Origin: Anaeromyxobacteraceae bacterium | GTDB lineage: Bacteria > Myxococcota > Myxococcia > Myxococcales > Anaeromyxobacteraceae | Direction: 5' to 3' | NCBI GenBank assembly: GCA_047602405.1 | Contig: JASGHJ010000001.1 | Location: forward strand, 1,664,001-1,728,000 | Length of the DNA stretch: 64,000 nt | Part shown: positions 10,066 through 22,038 of the stretch, in pieces | How the letters are laid out: every line of letters starts with the position of its first letter | How positions within the stretch are numbered: the stretch's first letter is position 1 | Notes under the pieces: model-generated | Databases searched by the model: none | Told to the model about the DNA's origin: nothing | The model's input: the letters and a program-made list of their open reading frames with translations, nothing else | Translations under genes and position numbers: made by a program

Positions 10066-11079
10066 ATGGCCCTCGCCCCGCTCCTCCTCGCCGCGCTGCT
10101 CGCCGCGCCCCCCGCCGACCCCGCGCCGCCGCGCGGCCCGGCGGTCGTGGTCCACGGCGGCGTCGGCTCCGCCCGCGTCCGGATGGACGCGACCGGCCCC
10201 GCCGCCGCGCGGGGCCTCGCGCTCCTCCGCGATGGACGACCGGCGCTCGACGGCGCCACCGCCTCGGTCGTGGCGCTCGAGGACGACTGCCGCTTCAACG
10301 CCGGCACCGGCGCGAACATCCGCATGGACGGAAAGACCGTGCAGATGGACGCCGCGGTGATGGATGGGGCCACGGGCGGCTTCGGGGCGGTGGCGGCCAT
10401 CGAGCGGGTGAAGAACCCGGTGCTCGTGGCGCGCAAGGTGCTGGAGACGCCGCACGTGCTCGTGGTCGGCGAGGGCGCGACGCGCCTCGCGCGGCTCTTC
10501 GGCTTCCCGGACCACGATCCGCGCTGCAAGGACAGCCTCGAGAAGCTCGAGCGCGTCCGGCGGATCCTGCTCGGCAAGGAGACCGGCCCCGCGCTCGGCG
10601 CCTGGAAGCGGTTCGACTGGCGCCGGTTCTGGAACTTCCCCGGCCCGCTGCCGGAGGAGCTGAAGGCCGCCGCCGGGACGCCGGACACCGTGGGCGCGGT
10701 CGCGAGGGACGCGCGCGGGAGCTTCGCCGCGGCCATCTCGACCGGCGGGACGACCATCACGTTCTACGGCCGCGTCGGCGACGTGCCGATCGCCGGCGCC
10801 GGCATCTGGGCGGGCCCCGCCGGCGCCGTCGCGTGCACCGGGCAGGGCGAGGAGATCATCCGCCGCGCAGTCGCGCGCGCCGTCTACGAGGAGCTCGCGC
10901 GGGGGACCGAGCCGCAGGAGGCCGTGGACCGGACCCTCGCGGCGTTCCCGGCCGACGTGGACCTGGGCGTCGTCGCCGTGGGCCCCCGCGGCGAGGGTGG
11001 CGGGGCCAACTACTCGGCGGAGCGCAAGGCGTTCGGCGGGCCTTTCCGCGACAACATGGCCTGGTCCGTGGCACGCTGA
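10066..11079 (+). CDS. Isoaspartyl peptidase/L-asparaginase (Ntn hydrolase) with signal peptide
   Basis: VVHGG, FNAGTG, QMDAAVM, KNPV, D-TVGAV autocleavage site, STGG and GRVGD. Confidence 0.9.
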   Translation: MALAPLLLAALLAAPPADPAPPRGPAVVVHGGVGSARVRMDATGPAAARGLALLRDGRPALDGATASVVALEDDCRFNAGTGANIRMDGKTVQMDAAVMDGATGGFGAVAAIERVKNPVLVARKVLETPHVLVVGEGATRLARLFGFPDHDPRCKDSLEKLERVRRILLGKETGPALGAWKRFDWRRFWNFPGPLPEELKAAAGTPDTVGAVARDARGSFAAAISTGGTTITFYGRVGDVPIAGAGIWAGPAGAVACTGQGEEIIRRAVARAVYEELARGTEPQEAVDRTLAAFPADVDLGVVAVGPRGEGGGANYSAERKAFGGPFRDNMAWSVAR

Positions 11080-11157
11080 CGCAGTTGCACGGCCAGGTCG
11101 CAGCGGTCCACACTCGGACCCGCGGGCGCGGGGAGGGGGGCCGCCCAGGAGCACTCG

Positions 11158-13096
11158 ATGTCGAGCGGCGTGATGGTCGTCGCCGTGTTCGTGGCCCTCG
11201 CCGCGGGTGTCGCGGTGGGCACGCGCCTCCGCGCGGCCCGCCGCGGCCCGCAGGATCGCTTCCTCCCCGTCTTCAAGACGGTCCCGAGCCCGCTCGCGCT
11301 CAGCCGGCTCGACGACGGCAGGCTCGTGGCCGTGAACGACAGGTTCACCGAGCACACGGGCATCGAGGAGGCCCGCGCCGTGGGGCGCACGGCCATCGAG
11401 CTCGGCATCTGGCCCGATCCGGCCGAGCGCACGCGCATCCAGGACGAGATCGCGCGCGGGGAGGTCGTGCGCGAGCGCGAGGTCCGCGTGCGGCGCGCCG
11501 ACGGGCGGGAGCGGATCGTGCTGATGTCGGCCAGCCGGGTGGACCTCGACGGCGTCCCGCACCTGCTCTCGTCCGCGCGCGACGTGACCGAGGAGCGCGC
11601 GGCGGCGACGGCGCAGGCCCGGCTCGAGGGCGAGCTCCGGCAGGCGGAGGAGCGGAGCCGCGCGGTGCTCCGGAGCCTGCCCGTGGTGCAGTGGGTGCTC
11701 GATCGCGACGGCGTCTTCACGCTGTCGGAGGGGCAGGGGCTCGCGGCCTTCGGGCTCAGGCCGGGCGAGGTCGTCGGCCGGAGCGTCACCGACGTCTACG
11801 CCGGCTTCCCGGAGACGATCGCCGACTTCCACCGCGCGCTCGCGGGCGAGTCCTTCGCCACCGACAACGTCTTCGGGCCGGTCGTCTTCGAGAGCCGCTG
11901 GGCGCCGATGCGCGACGGGGCCGGCCGGATCGTCGGGGTGACCGGCCTCGGCCTCGACGTCACGGGGCGCCGCCGCGCCGAGCAGGCCCACCGGGAGGGC
12001 GAGCTCAAGGTGCAGGTGCTCGAGCGGCTCGCCACGATGGGCCGCGCGGCGGCGGGGCTCGCCCACGAGGTGAACAACCCGCTCACCTACGTGCTCGGGA
12101 ACCTCGAGGCCGCGGTCGAGCGGCTCCCCGCCGGGGAGGTGCGCGACCTCGTGGCCGACGCCCGGGAGGGCGCCGAGCGGGTCCGCCGGATCGCCGCCGA
12201 CCTCGCGGTGTTCGCGAGCGCGCGCCCGCAGGCGGGCGCGGCGAGCGACGTCGAGGCCGTGGTGCGCTCGGCGGTCGCGTTCACGCGCAACGACGTCCGC
12301 CACCGGGCGCGGCTGGTCGTCGAGGTCGACCCCGGCTGCCGCGTGGCGCTCGCCGAGGGCCGGCTCGGACGAGATCCTCGTGAACCTCCTCTCGAACGCT
12401 TGCGAGGCGATCCCGGAGGGGCGCGCGGCCGACAACGTCATCGGCGTGCGGGTGCGTGCCGAGGGCGGCCAGGTCGTGTTCGCGGTCTCCGACACCGGCG
12501 CGGGCATGACACCCGAGGTGCAGGCCCGGGTCTTCGAGCCGTTCTTCACGACCGGCGGCGGGCTCGGGGTCGGCCTGCCGCTGGTGCGCGGGATCGTCGC
12601 GGAGGCGGGCGGCGAGATCACGGTCGAGAGCGCGCCGGGGAAGGGGAGCACCTTCCGCGTGCGGCTCCCCGCGGCCGCGCCGCCGCCCGCGGCGGTGGGC
12701 CCGCCGGAAACGGCGGCCGCGCCCGCGCGGATCCTCGTCGTCGACGACGAGCCGCTCGTGGCGCGCTCGGTGGCGCGCCTCCTGCGGCCGCACGCGGTCT
12801 CCATCGAGACCGACGGCAAGAAGGCGCTCGAGCGGCTCCGCGGCGGCGAGGCCTTCGACGTCGTGCTCTGCGACCTCATGATGCCGGACCTCACCGGCAT
12901 GGACCTGCACGACGCGCTCGTGGCCGACCGGCCCGAGGTGGCGCGGCACCTGGTGTTCCTCACCGGTGGCGCGTTCACCGACCGTGCGCGCGAGTTCCTC
13001 GCGCGGACCCGCTGCCCGGTGCTCGACAAGCCGGTGGACGCGGCGGCGCTGCGCGACGCGGTGGGCCGGGCCATGGCTCCCGGCGGGCAGGCGTAG
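11158..13096 (+). CDS. PAS-PAS hybrid histidine kinase/response regulator (apparent +1 frameshift near 12369)
   Basis: Two PAS domains and H-box AHEVNNPL in one frame; N-box NLLSNA, DTGAG, FEPFFTT and receiver ILVVDDE...CDLMMP in the next frame. Confidence 0.85.
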
Positions 13097-13163
13097 GGCG
13101 GGCTCCCTCCCCGCGGGGCCGACGGCGACTTGCCACGCCCCATTTCGTCCTTACGGTCCCCAC

Positions 13164-13388
13164 ATGAGGTACGACGACGAGGAGACCGGCCCGGTGAACG
13201 AGGCCGTGGCCGACGCGGACGTGGAGGTGGAGGAGGGCTGCATCCTGTGCGGCGGGACGCTCTCCATGCGGCTCGTGGGCGGCTCGGCCGGCAGCTACTG
13301 CCGCGCCTGCCACTGGATCTCGAGGCCGCACGTGCACCGCCACGCGGACCACGTGGCGCTCGTCCACCCTGCGAGGCTGGTCGCGTAG
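13164..13388 (+). CDS. Small Zn-ribbon-like protein
   Basis: CILC...CRAC pairs, acidic N-terminus and His-rich C-terminus. Confidence 0.6.
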   Translation: MRYDDEETGPVNEAVADADVEVEEGCILCGGTLSMRLVGGSAGSYCRACHWISRPHVHRHADHVALVHPARLVA

Positions 13389-13431
13389 CGAGAGCGAGGG
13401 GGGGCGTCGGCGACGTCGAGGTCAGGTCCGG

Positions 13432-13842
13432 CTACCGCGGCTCGTCGCCGCGGATCCAGTGCAGGGCCTCGACGGGCGAGTCGAAGATCCGCGCGATCAC
13501 GCCGTCCGCCGCTGCGTTCTCGACGAAGCGCCGGACGTTCATCTGCCCGTAGATCTTCTCGGGCTGGACCATCGCCCAGTGCTTCCAGCCCGCCTGGATC
13601 GCGGCGGGGCGCCAGACGTTGTCCGCCCACTCGCCGTCCTCTCGCGGGAGGGCGCCGTTCATGCGGTCGTCGGAGATCCACTTCGTGGCGCCGTGCCTCC
13701 GCAGGAGCTCGATGCCGGCCTCGAGGACCTTCTTGAACTCGGCCCCGTGCACGAAGCCGTGAAACTCGTGGTGGACGATCCGCTCCTCCGGGTAATAGAG
13801 GAGCGAGGCGAGCGGTCCGTCGAGGATGACGAGCTTCTGCAT
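13432..13842 (-). CDS. STAS/SEC14 (SpoIIAA-like) domain protein
   Basis: KWISDDR, W...WRPAAIQAGWKHWAMV and FDSPVEALHWI pattern. Confidence 0.7.
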   Translation of the reverse strand: MQKLVILDGPLASLLYYPEERIVHHEFHGFVHGAEFKKVLEAGIELLRRHGATKWISDDRMNGALPREDGEWADNVWRPAAIQAGWKHWAMVQPEKIYGQMNVRRFVENAAADGVIARIFDSPVEALHWIRGDEPR

Positions 13843-14018
13843 TCGGGGTGGACTCGTGCGTGGCGGTGGGCGCGGCGGCCTCGTCGACCCCGCTGCAACA
13901 GCAAGTGAGGTGCCACCCTGGCGCCGCCCGTGGCGCGGGGTTACCACGGAATCCGATCAGCCCCGGGGTCCCGTCCTACCCGGAGGGGAACCCATCCGGG
14001 GAGTGCGAGGGGTCGCGA

Positions 14019-14699
14019 ATGGGAAGGTGGGACGACGCCGGCACGGTCGGCAGCTTCGCGAGCGCGAAGCCGAACGCGGTGCTCATGGCCTGGGCGGCGG
14101 CCGAGCTCGCCCGGCGCCGCGGCGCCGCGAGGGTGCTCGATCTCGGCTGCGGCGCCGCGAGGAACACCGGGCCGCTCGCGGCGCTCGGCGCGGAGGTGGT
14201 CGGCACCGACCTCTCGCTCCCCATGCTGGCGGCGGCGCGGGCGAGGGTGGACGCGGCCGGGCTCGGCCGCCGGGTGGAGCTCCTGCGGGCGGGCATGGAC
14301 CGGCTGCCGCTCGGGGACGGTGTGTTCGACGTGGTGATCGCGCACGGCATCTGGAACCTGGCCCGCTCCGGCGACGAGCTCCGGCGCGCGCTCGCGGAGG
14401 CGGCGCGCGTCGCGCGGCGCGGGGCCGGCCTGTTCGTCTTCACCTTCTCCCGCCACACCCTGCCCCCGGCGGCGGAGCCGGTCGCGGGCGAGACGTTCGT
14501 CTACACGCAGTTCTCGGGCGAGCCGCAGGTGTTCCTCGAGGAGCCGGAGCTCGTCGCGCTGCTGGCCGAGGCCGGCTTCGTGCGCGACCCGCCGGGACCG
14601 CTGACCGAGTACAACCGGGCCCCGTCACCGGTGCGGGTCGCCACCGGCCCGGTGATCTGGGAGGGGACGTTCCGGCGAGAAGCAAACCGCTCATCCTGA
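14019..14699 (+). CDS. Class I SAM-dependent methyltransferase
   Basis: VLDLGCGAARN, GTDLS and LPLGDGVFDVV; the stop codon lies inside a repeat element. Confidence 0.85.
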   Translation: MGRWDDAGTVGSFASAKPNAVLMAWAAAELARRRGAARVLDLGCGAARNTGPLAALGAEVVGTDLSLPMLAAARARVDAAGLGRRVELLRAGMDRLPLGDGVFDVVIAHGIWNLARSGDELRRALAEAARVARRGAGLFVFTFSRHTLPPAAEPVAGETFVYTQFSGEPQVFLEEPELVALLAEAGFVRDPPGPLTEYNRAPSPVRVATGPVIWEGTFRREANRSS

Positions 14700-14751
14700 G
14701 CCCTTCGACTTCGCCGCTGCGCGGCTACGCTCAGGGTGAACGAAGTCGAGG
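14687..14751. repeat. REP-like element, copy 4 (nested, inverted pair)
   Basis: CCGCTCATCCTGAG[CCCTTCGACTTCG-CCGCTGCGCGG-CTACGCTCAGGGTGAAC]GAAGTCGAGG. Confidence 0.8.
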
Positions 14752-14754
14752 AAG

Positions 14755-16515
14755 CTACATCGAGATCGAGCCCTTGCGGAAGTCGCTCCGCGCGAGGTGC
14801 ACGTTCACGCAGACCGGGTGCCCGGCGCGGGCGAGCGCCTTCGCCTCGTCGAGCACGGCGTCGATGCGCGCGTCCTCGGTGAGGAGCAGGCCCTTCCCGC
14901 CGTAGCCCTCCGCCACGCGGTGGTAGTCGCAGCGGGCGAGCACGGTGCCGACGTCGTCGCCGAGCATCTCCACCTGCTCGCGCGCGATCTGCTGCCAGGA
15001 GCCATCGTTGCCGATGACCGCGATGGGCGCGAGGCCGTGGCGGGCGAAGGTGTCGAACTCGGCGAGGCTGTAGGCGGAGGAGCCGTCGCCGTAGACCAGC
15101 CAGACCTCCTTGCCGGGCCGGAGCACCGCCGCGCCGGTCGCGAAGCCGCCGCCCACGCCGAGCGTGCCGAACACGCCCGGGTCGAGCCAGGCGAGCGGCG
15201 CGCGGGGTCGGAGCGTGTAGGCCGCCGTGGCGACGAAGTCGCCGCCGTCCACGACGAGCGTCGCGTCGTCGGCGAGCTTCTCCTCGAGCCGCGTGAAGAA
15301 CGCGAGCGGGTTCACGAGCTCGCCGCGCGCGCGGGCGCCCTCGGCGATCTCGGCGTCGCGGGCCGCCTCGCGCTCCCGCAGCGTGGCGAGCCAGGGCTCG
15401 AGGCGCCCCTCCGCGCCGCCGGCCGCGGCGGCGAGGTCGACGAGGAACTCGCCCGGGTGCATCCGCAGGGCGACCTCGGGCGAGCGGTTCTTCCGGAGCT
15501 CCGCGGAGGACAGGTTCGCGGCGGCGACGAAGGCCTTGCCCGCGATCGCGCGGCCGTAGCCGAGCCGGAAGTCGAACGGGAAGCCGGCGACGAGGACGAG
15601 GTCGGCCTCCTTCAGCGCCTTCCCGCGGGCGTGGCGGAACTGGAGCGCGTCCTTGCGGCCGAGGAGCCCGCGGGCCATCCCGCCGAGGAACACCGGCACG
15701 CCGAGGCGCCGGATGGCCTCGGCGACGGGGCCCGGGTCGGGCGTGTTCACGAGGGCCTGGCTGCCGACGACGAGCACCGGCCGCTTCGCGCGCGCGAGCC
15801 GGCGCGCGACGTCGGCGACCTTGCCCCCGGGCGAGCGGAGCGCGGGCAGCGAGAGCTCCACCGGTGGCGGATCGAGCACCGCGGGCAGGCGCGGCGCGTG
15901 GAACTGCCGGAGCAGGTGCGCGTCGAGGTAGGCGCCGAGCGCCATCGCCCCGAGGCCGCGCATCTTCTCGACGCCCGACTCCTTCACGTACCACTCGCGG
16001 ACGGTCGCCTCCGGGTAGAGGAGGTCCACCGGCACCTCGACGAAGACCGGCCCCGGCACGCCGCTCCGGGCCACCTCGAGCGCGCGCGCCACCGTGGGCC
16101 CGAGGTTCGCGTAGGTCGTCACGCGGGTCGCCCACTTCGTGAGCGGCTTCATGAGCGCGAGCTGGTCGATGTCCTGGAGCGAGCCGCGGCCCCGCAGGAT
16201 CGTGGCGGTCGCGCCCCCGAGGAGCAGCACCGGCGACTGCGCCATCTGCGCGTTCTTGAGCGCGGTGACCGCGTTCGTCACGCCCGGCCCGGCGGTCACG
16301 GCGGCGACGCCGGGGAGCCCGGTCATGCGGGCGACGGCGTCGGCGGCGAACACCGCGTTGCCCTCGTCGCGCACGTCCACGACCCGGAGGCCCCGGCGCT
16401 TCGCCTCGACGAGGATCGGCGAGATGTGGCCGCCGCACAGGGTGAAGAGGTGCCGCACGCCGGCGGCGTGGAGCGCCTCGGCGACGCGGACGCCGCCGTT
16501 GTCGGGGGTGGACAT
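14755..16515 (-). CDS. TPP-dependent enzyme (acetolactate synthase-like / 2-hydroxyacyl-CoA lyase-like)
   Basis: [31 protein letters not shown] and the GDGS...GND TPP motif. Confidence 0.9.
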   Translation of the reverse strand: MSTPDNGGVRVAEALHAAGVRHLFTLCGGHISPILVEAKRRGLRVVDVRDEGNAVFAADAVARMTGLPGVAAVTAGPGVTNAVTALKNAQMAQSPVLLLGGATATILRGRGSLQDIDQLALMKPLTKWATRVTTYANLGPTVARALEVARSGVPGPVFVEVPVDLLYPEATVREWYVKESGVEKMRGLGAMALGAYLDAHLLRQFHAPRLPAVLDPPPVELSLPALRSPGGKVADVARRLARAKRPVLVVGSQALVNTPDPGPVAEAIRRLGVPVFLGGMARGLLGRKDALQFRHARGKALKEADLVLVAGFPFDFRLGYGRAIAGKAFVAAANLSSAELRKNRSPEVALRMHPGEFLVDLAAAAGGAEGRLEPWLATLREREAARDAEIAEGARARGELVNPLAFFTRLEEKLADDATLVVDGGDFVATAAYTLRPRAPLAWLDPGVFGTLGVGGGFATGAAVLRPGKEVWLVYGDGSSAYSLAEFDTFARHGLAPIAVIGNDGSWQQIAREQVEMLGDDVGTVLARCDYHRVAEGYGGKGLLLTEDARIDAVLDEAKALARAGHPVCVNVHLARSDFRKGSISM

Positions 16516-16640
16516 GGCGCGGCAGTGTAGCCGAGGGCGCGCGCCCGGGCGCCGGGTTCCGGGGTCAAGGGCTGCGGCTCGCCCCCGGAGGTGCGCCCGG
16601 GGCGGCCCGGGTTGTGGGCGCTACCCCGGGCCCCGGTCCG

Positions 16641-19160
16641 TCACCTCGCCACGAAGGTGCGCAGGGCGACGCTGCCCCCGTGGCCCGCCGTCGAGGACAG
16701 GCCCACCCAGGGTGTGAAGAGGAGATCGGCGGTCCAGGTGTACTTCGCGTCGGCGAAGTAGGTGGCCCGCCAGCCGTACGTGCCGCCGGAGGGCAGCCCG
16801 ATCCCGAGGGCGGTGAGGTCGGGGACCGTCACCGTGTCCGCGCTGGCGAACACGGTGAGGAACGGGCCCGTGGTGGGGTACCTCGGGGACAGCGTGAAGT
16901 AGCGGTAGCCGTCGCCGCCCGTCACCGTCAACGCGTCACCTGGGCCGATCCCGGTCGCGCCCGCCGCCGGGGACACGGCGGTGGGCGCGGGGCGGAGCTC
17001 GAGGGCGACGCCCGCCTCGCCGGGTACGACGATGACGCTCGCGTTCGTCGTGTCGTTCGACGCATCCGAGGCGGTGGCGCGCGCCGTGAACCGCACCCCG
17101 GGGATCACCGGGGCGGGGTAGCTCCAGGCGCCGGCCGCGGCAGGCGCGAACGGGAGCCCCATGCCGAAGCCCGGCAGGCGCAGCGTCGGGGAGAGCCGGA
17201 CGTTCACGTGGCCGGCGGGGACGAGGAGCGTTCCGGACACCGCCGCCGAGGCGAGGGCGGGGCCGTCGAGGGCCAGCTCGACGCTGGCGTCGATCGCGTC
17301 CGTGACCGGCGGGCTCGCCTTCAGGAACCGGCCCCACGCCGCGGGGGCGCCGCCGGCCCCGGGCTGCCACTCCAGCGCGTAGACGTCGAACGGCTGGGTG
17401 GGCGGCCCGACCCAGCTCGCGAAGAGCGAGCCGGCGGCGGTGTCGCCTGCGCCGTGGTCGAACGCGCCCGCGGCCGCGGCCGAGACGCGCACCGAGAGGC
17501 CCGGGGTCCGCCCGGTCACGGTGTAGGAGAGCGTGGTGTCGCGGGACGCGGCGAAGCCCCAGGCGATCCGGTCGGCGGTGAGCCCCTGGCCGATGGTCGC
17601 GCCCCCTTCGAACGGGAACACCACGTCGTAGGGCGGATGGACGCCGTGGAAGGTCAGGCGTCCCGACGCGGGCGCGCGCTGCACCTCGCCGCCGAGCATG
17701 ATCTTTCCGGAAGGGCTCGCCCAGCCGTCGCCCGGGTCGAACACCTCGACGTCCATGCCCTCGGGACCGACCACGAGGACCGGAACCTCCACCCTCGCCT
17801 CGCCGGCCTGGATGCCGATCGTCGCGGTCGACGTGCCGACCTGGGCGGGCGGCGTGTACACGACGGCGTCGCCGTCCTGGGCCAGCGTCCCGGGGCCACG
17901 CGAGAGCGTGAACGTGCGGGAGAGCCCGGCGGGCGTGGTGGCGGTCTCGAGCCTCACCGGCTTCCCGCCGGCCAGGGCCACCGCGCGGGGCGGATGGACC
18001 TCGAGCGCGTCGACGAGCGGCGCGGGGTGGAGCACCACGGAGGCGGTCGCGGTCAGGCACCCCGCGATGGCGTAGAGGGTCGTGCCGGACGCCGAGGTGA
18101 GGCCGCTCGCCGGCGGCGGGGCGTACGAGGTTGCGGTGCCCTCCTCCGCGACGAGCGCTCCCCGGTTCGTCGGGTAGAGCGCCCAGCGCACCGGCCCGTG
18201 GGCCCCGCCGGCGAGGAGGGCGGTGACGGCGGTGGGGGGATCGCCCGCCGCGAGCTCCAGCGTGGCGGGCTCGATGGCGAGCGTGCCGACCTGCTTCACG
18301 GCGATCGCGGTGGTGGCGCTCGCGGAGAGGCCCCCGTACCCCGCGACGGTCGAGGTGACCGTGGCGGACTCACCCTCCGTGTACACGCACTCCGCCGGGG
18401 GCAGGTAGCTTCCGGTGTCGCCCGTGGCGCTCACGCTGCCGCGGCCGGCGGTGACCGCGAAGGCGACCGGGGCGCTGGCGTTCGCGGCGGCCGCCGCGAG
18501 CGCGACCGGGGCGCCCCCGAAGGTCGCCTCGGCCGCCGCGGGGACGGCGAGCGTCGGGGCGAGGTGCACGGTGACCGTGGCGTGCGCGACGAGGTCGCCG
18601 AGCGTCGCGGTGAGCTCGACCGGGGTCCCCGCGCCGAGCGCAGGCGGCGGCGTGAAGGTGGCCAGGTTGCCGGCCGAGGCGAGCGTGCCCGCCGCCGGCG
18701 TCGACCAGACGACGGTGCCGGCCGCGCCGCCGGACGGGACGGCCTCGAGGTGCACCACCGCGCCGCCCACCGCCGTGTCGGCCGACGAGGCGGTCAGGGT
18801 GAGCGCGGGCACCGGGGCGGGCTTCACGGTGAGGGTGGCCTTCGCGGAGCGCCCGGCCGCCGAGGCGGTCACCGTCACCTCGGTGGCCACGCCCACGGCC
18901 GCGGGCGGGAGGTAGCGCGTCGAAGGCCCCGACGCGCTCGAGAGGGCCCCGACCGCCGGGGCGAGGCTCCACGCGATGGTGGCGCTCGAGTGGGTGAGCG
19001 TGGCGGTGAGCTCCACAGGGCCCGTGCCGGCCACGAGCGTGGCGGCCGCGGGCGTGACCTCGAGCGCAGGCGGAGCGGGGTCGCCGGGGCCTCCGGTGAC
19101 TCCCTCACCGGTGCAGGCGGCGAACGCGGACGCCAAGCAGACGACGAACCAGGACCTCAT
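16641..19160 (-). CDS. Large lipoprotein with tandem Ig-like repeats
   Basis: Lipobox FAAC; repeated W-S...G-x-L...Y-x-P-P modules. Confidence 0.75.
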   Translation of the reverse strand: MRSWFVVCLASAFAACTGEGVTGGPGDPAPPALEVTPAAATLVAGTGPVELTATLTHSSATIAWSLAPAVGALSSASGPSTRYLPPAAVGVATEVTVTASAAGRSAKATLTVKPAPVPALTLTASSADTAVGGAVVHLEAVPSGGAAGTVVWSTPAAGTLASAGNLATFTPPPALGAGTPVELTATLGDLVAHATVTVHLAPTLAVPAAAEATFGGAPVALAAAAANASAPVAFAVTAGRGSVSATGDTGSYLPPAECVYTEGESATVTSTVAGYGGLSASATTAIAVKQVGTLAIEPATLELAAGDPPTAVTALLAGGAHGPVRWALYPTNRGALVAEEGTATSYAPPPASGLTSASGTTLYAIAGCLTATASVVLHPAPLVDALEVHPPRAVALAGGKPVRLETATTPAGLSRTFTLSRGPGTLAQDGDAVVYTPPAQVGTSTATIGIQAGEARVEVPVLVVGPEGMDVEVFDPGDGWASPSGKIMLGGEVQRAPASGRLTFHGVHPPYDVVFPFEGGATIGQGLTADRIAWGFAASRDTTLSYTVTGRTPGLSVRVSAAAAGAFDHGAGDTAAGSLFASWVGPPTQPFDVYALEWQPGAGGAPAAWGRFLKASPPVTDAIDASVELALDGPALASAAVSGTLLVPAGHVNVRLSPTLRLPGFGMGLPFAPAAAGAWSYPAPVIPGVRFTARATASDASNDTTNASVIVVPGEAGVALELRPAPTAVSPAAGATGIGPGDALTVTGGDGYRYFTLSPRYPTTGPFLTVFASADTVTVPDLTALGIGLPSGGTYGWRATYFADAKYTWTADLLFTPWVGLSSTAGHGGSVALRTFVAR

Positions 19161-19286
19161 GGTCGACCCCCCAGCGCCCCACGGCGTCTCCGGGCTGGAT
19201 GCCGCGGAGGCGGACGGGGCGTGAAGGATGGACAGCGGGCCGGGGAGGATTCGACTCCGGGCGGCGACGCCCTGGGCAGCGGCGGC

Positions 19287-20078
19287 TCAGAGCGCCTTGC
19301 GGAGCGAGCGCACGAACCGCCGTGCCCGCTCCGCGCGGGCCGCGCGGGTGCCGGGCGCGGCCACCTTCTTCACGATGGCGCTCCCCACGACGACGCCGTC
19401 GGCGAGCTTCCCGAGCTGCCGCGCCTGCTCCGGGGTCGAGACGCCGAAGCCGATCACCACCGGCACGCTCGCCTTCGCGCGGACGGCGGCCACGAGCGCG
19501 CCGATCTCGCCGGCCACCGCGCTGCGGGCGCCGGTCACGCCGGTGACCGAGACGAAGTAGACGAACCCGGTCGCGGCGCGCGCCGCGGCCTCGACGCGAG
19601 CGGGGCCGGAGGTGGGCGCCACCAGGAACACCGAACGGACGCCGCTCCTCGCGAGCGCGGGGGCGAGCTCGCCCGACTCCTCCGGGAGGAGGTCGGGGAT
19701 GATGAGCGCGTCCACGCCGGCCTTGCCGCAGTCGGCCGCGAAGCGATCGAGGCCGTGGGCGAGCATGGGGTTGAGATAGCCCATGAGCGCGATGGGGACG
19801 TCGCACCGGGCGCGGACGTGCGCCGCGACCTCGAGCACCTGCTTCGTGGTGGTCCCGTGCGCGAGCGCGCGCTCGGCCGCGGCCTGGATGGTCGGGCCGT
19901 CGGCGATGGGATCCGAGAAGGGCACGCCCAGCTCGAGCAGGTCGGCCCCGCCCTCGACGCAGGCCATCGCGACGGTCTTCGAGGTCGCGAGGTCGGGGTC
20001 GCCGGCCATGACGTAGGTGACGAGCGTCGGCCGGCCCTCGGCCCTCGCCCGGTCGAACGCGGCCTGGATGCGGTTCAC
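19287..20078 (-). CDS. trpA: Tryptophan synthase alpha chain
   Basis: [21 protein letters not shown] and IGFGVS motifs. Confidence 0.97.
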   Translation of the reverse strand: MNRIQAAFDRARAEGRPTLVTYVMAGDPDLATSKTVAMACVEGGADLLELGVPFSDPIADGPTIQAAAERALAHGTTTKQVLEVAAHVRARCDVPIALMGYLNPMLAHGLDRFAADCGKAGVDALIIPDLLPEESGELAPALARSGVRSVFLVAPTSGPARVEAAARAATGFVYFVSVTGVTGARSAVAGEIGALVAAVRAKASVPVVIGFGVSTPEQARQLGKLADGVVVGSAIVKKVAAPGTRAARAERARRFVRSLRKAL

Positions 20079-21346
20079 CGATGCCCCCTCTTCTTCGTCT
20101 TCTTCCCCGTCCGCCCCGAGCGTAGGCCCGCGGAGCGGGCCGGAGACGAGGGGCGCGCCGCGAGCGCCCTGCGCACGTGATCCACGTCCTTGTCGCCGCG
20201 GCCGGAGACGTTGACGACGACGAGGCCGTCCGGCCCGAGCGCCTTCGCGACCTTGCGCGCCGCGGAGACCGCGTGGGCGGTCTCGAGCGCCGGGATGATG
20301 CCCTCGGTGCGCGCGAGGTACGTGAGCGCCTCGAGCGCCTCCTGGTCGGTCGCCTGCATCAGCGTGAGCCGGCCCGAGTCCTTGAGGTACGAGAGCTCCG
20401 GCCCGACGCCCGGGTAGTCGAGCCCGGCGCTGATCGAGTGGGCCTCGGCGATCTGGCCGTGCGTGTCCTGGAGCACGTAGCTCCTGGAGCCGTGCAGCAC
20501 GCCCGGCGTGCCCTTCGCGAGCGCCGCGCCGTGCTTGCCCGTCGAGAGCCCGAGCCCGGCCGCCTCGACGCCCACCAGCTTCACGGTGGCGTCGTCCAGG
20601 AAGCCGGAGAAGATCCCCATCGCGTTCGACCCGCCGCCGACGCACGCGACCACCGCGTCGGGCAGCCGGCCCGCGACCTCGAGGCACTGCCGCCGCGCCT
20701 CGCGCCCGATGACCGACTGGAAGTCGCGCACGAGCGCGGGGTAGGGGTGCGGCCCGGCCACCGAGCCGATGATGTAGTGCGTGTCGCGGACGTTCGTGAC
20801 CCAGTCCCGCAGGGCCTCGTTCATCGCGTCCTTGAGCGTGCGCGAGCCGGCCTGGACCGGGATCACCCGCGCCCCCATCAGCTCCATCCGGAAGACGTTG
20901 AGCGCCTGCCGCTCGACGTCGAGCGCGCCCATGTAGACGTCGCACGGCAGCCCGAACAGCGCCGCGGCCGTCGCGGTCGCCACCCCGTGCTGCCCCGCCC
21001 CCGTCTCCGCGATGATGCGCGTCTTGCCCATCCGCCGGGCGAGGAGCACCTGCCCGAGGGTGTTGTTCACCTTGTGCGCCCCGGTGTGGCACAGGTCCTC
21101 GCGCTTCAGCAGCACGCGGCACCCGCCCGCGTCCGCGGACATGCGTCGCGCCTCCCCGAGCGGCGTCTCCCGCCCCGCGAACCGCACGAGGAGCTCCTCG
21201 AGCTCCGCCTGGAACGCCGGCTCCGCGCGCGCCGCCTTCCACGCCGCCTCGAGCTCGTCGAGCGCCGGCACGAGCGTCTCCGGCACGTACCTTCCTCCGT
21301 ACGTCCCGTACCGTCCAAGCGCGTCCGGCAACGTCCCCGTGCTCAT
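20075..21346 (-). CDS. trpB: Tryptophan synthase beta chain
   Basis: [27 protein letters not shown] and SGRGDKD; C-terminal extension derived from a repeat. Confidence 0.97.
   Translation of the reverse strand: MSTGTLPDALGRYGTYGGRYVPETLVPALDELEAAWKAARAEPAFQAELEELLVRFAGRETPLGEARRMSADAGGCRVLLKREDLCHTGAHKVNNTLGQVLLARRMGKTRIIAETGAGQHGVATATAAALFGLPCDVYMGALDVERQALNVFRMELMGARVIPVQAGSRTLKDAMNEALRDWVTNVRDTHYIIGSVAGPHPYPALVRDFQSVIGREARRQCLEVAGRLPDAVVACVGGGSNAMGIFSGFLDDATVKLVGVEAAGLGLSTGKHGAALAKGTPGVLHGSRSYVLQDTHGQIAEAHSISAGLDYPGVGPELSYLKDSGRLTLMQATDQEALEALTYLARTEGIIPALETAHAVSAARKVAKALGPDGLVVVNVSGRGDKDVDHVRRALAARPSSPARSAGLRSGRTGKKTKKRGHR
20107..20153 (-). repeat. REP-like element, copy 5 (inside trpB 3' end)
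   Basis: Reverse complement reads CCCCTCGTCTCCG-GCCCGCTCCGCGGGC-CTACGCTCGGGGCGGACGG. Confidence 0.8.
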
Positions 21347-22038
21347 ACGTCCCTCTCCCGATGCAGAGGCGGATGCGCCGCCCCCCGCGCCCCCGCCACG
21401 AACGCCCTCATCTTCCCCTCGTCCTTCACCCCTGGCGCGCTCTCCACCCCGCTCGCCACGTCCACCGCCCAGGGGCGAACCACCCGCACCGCCTCCCCCA
21501 CGTTCTCCTCCCGCAACCCACCCGCGAGCACGATCTTCATCCCCTTCGCGACCGCCCTCCGGGCAAGGTCCCAGTCGAACACGACCCCCGCCCCCCCGAA
21601 CCCCGCCGACGGCGCATCGAGCAGCACCGCCACCGCCCCCGCCGCGAGCCACGCCGCCCCCGCCTCCACGTCGCCCTCCGACGAGACCCGCAGCGCCTTC
21701 ACGACCGGCACCCCGAGCCCGCGCGCGAGCTCGAGCGGCTCGTCCCCGTGCAGCTGCACCGCCTGCACTCCCGACACACGCACCGCCTCCACGAGCTCCG
21801 CCCGCGAGAACCCGACGGTCACCGCGACGGCCGCGACGCGCGAGGGCAAGAGCTTCACCAGCCCCGCCACCTCCGCCGCCGCGACGTACCGCTTCGACCC
21901 CGGCCACAGGTTGAACCCGATCGCGTCCGCGCCCGCCTCGACCGCCGCCCGCACGTCCTCCGGCCGGCGCACGCCGCAGATCTTCACGAGCGGCCGCGCG
22001 GCCGGAGGCGCGCCCGGGTCGAGGAACCGCGGGATCAC
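21343..22038 (-). CDS. trpF: Phosphoribosylanthranilate isomerase
   Basis: VKICG, QLHGDE, LAGGL and VDVASGVE motifs. Confidence 0.95.
   Translation of the reverse strand: MIPRFLDPGAPPAARPLVKICGVRRPEDVRAAVEAGADAIGFNLWPGSKRYVAAAEVAGLVKLLPSRVAAVAVTVGFSRAELVEAVRVSGVQAVQLHGDEPLELARGLGVPVVKALRVSSEGDVEAGAAWLAAGAVAVLLDAPSAGFGGAGVVFDWDLARRAVAKGMKIVLAGGLREENVGEAVRVVRPWAVDVASGVESAPGVKDEGKMRAFVAGARGAAHPPLHRERDV

Noticed and set aside
8500..13143. Very long antisense or alternate-frame ORFs (also 30778-34983, 50445-54392, 16614-20180 and others)
   Set aside because: Arg/Pro/Ala-rich shadows of real genes, expected from stop-codon scarcity at this GC content.
19250..19290. Ninth copy of the REP-like element (TTCGACTCCGGGCGGCGACGCCC)
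   Set aside because: Only the left arm and a short hairpin match; the right arm is missing.
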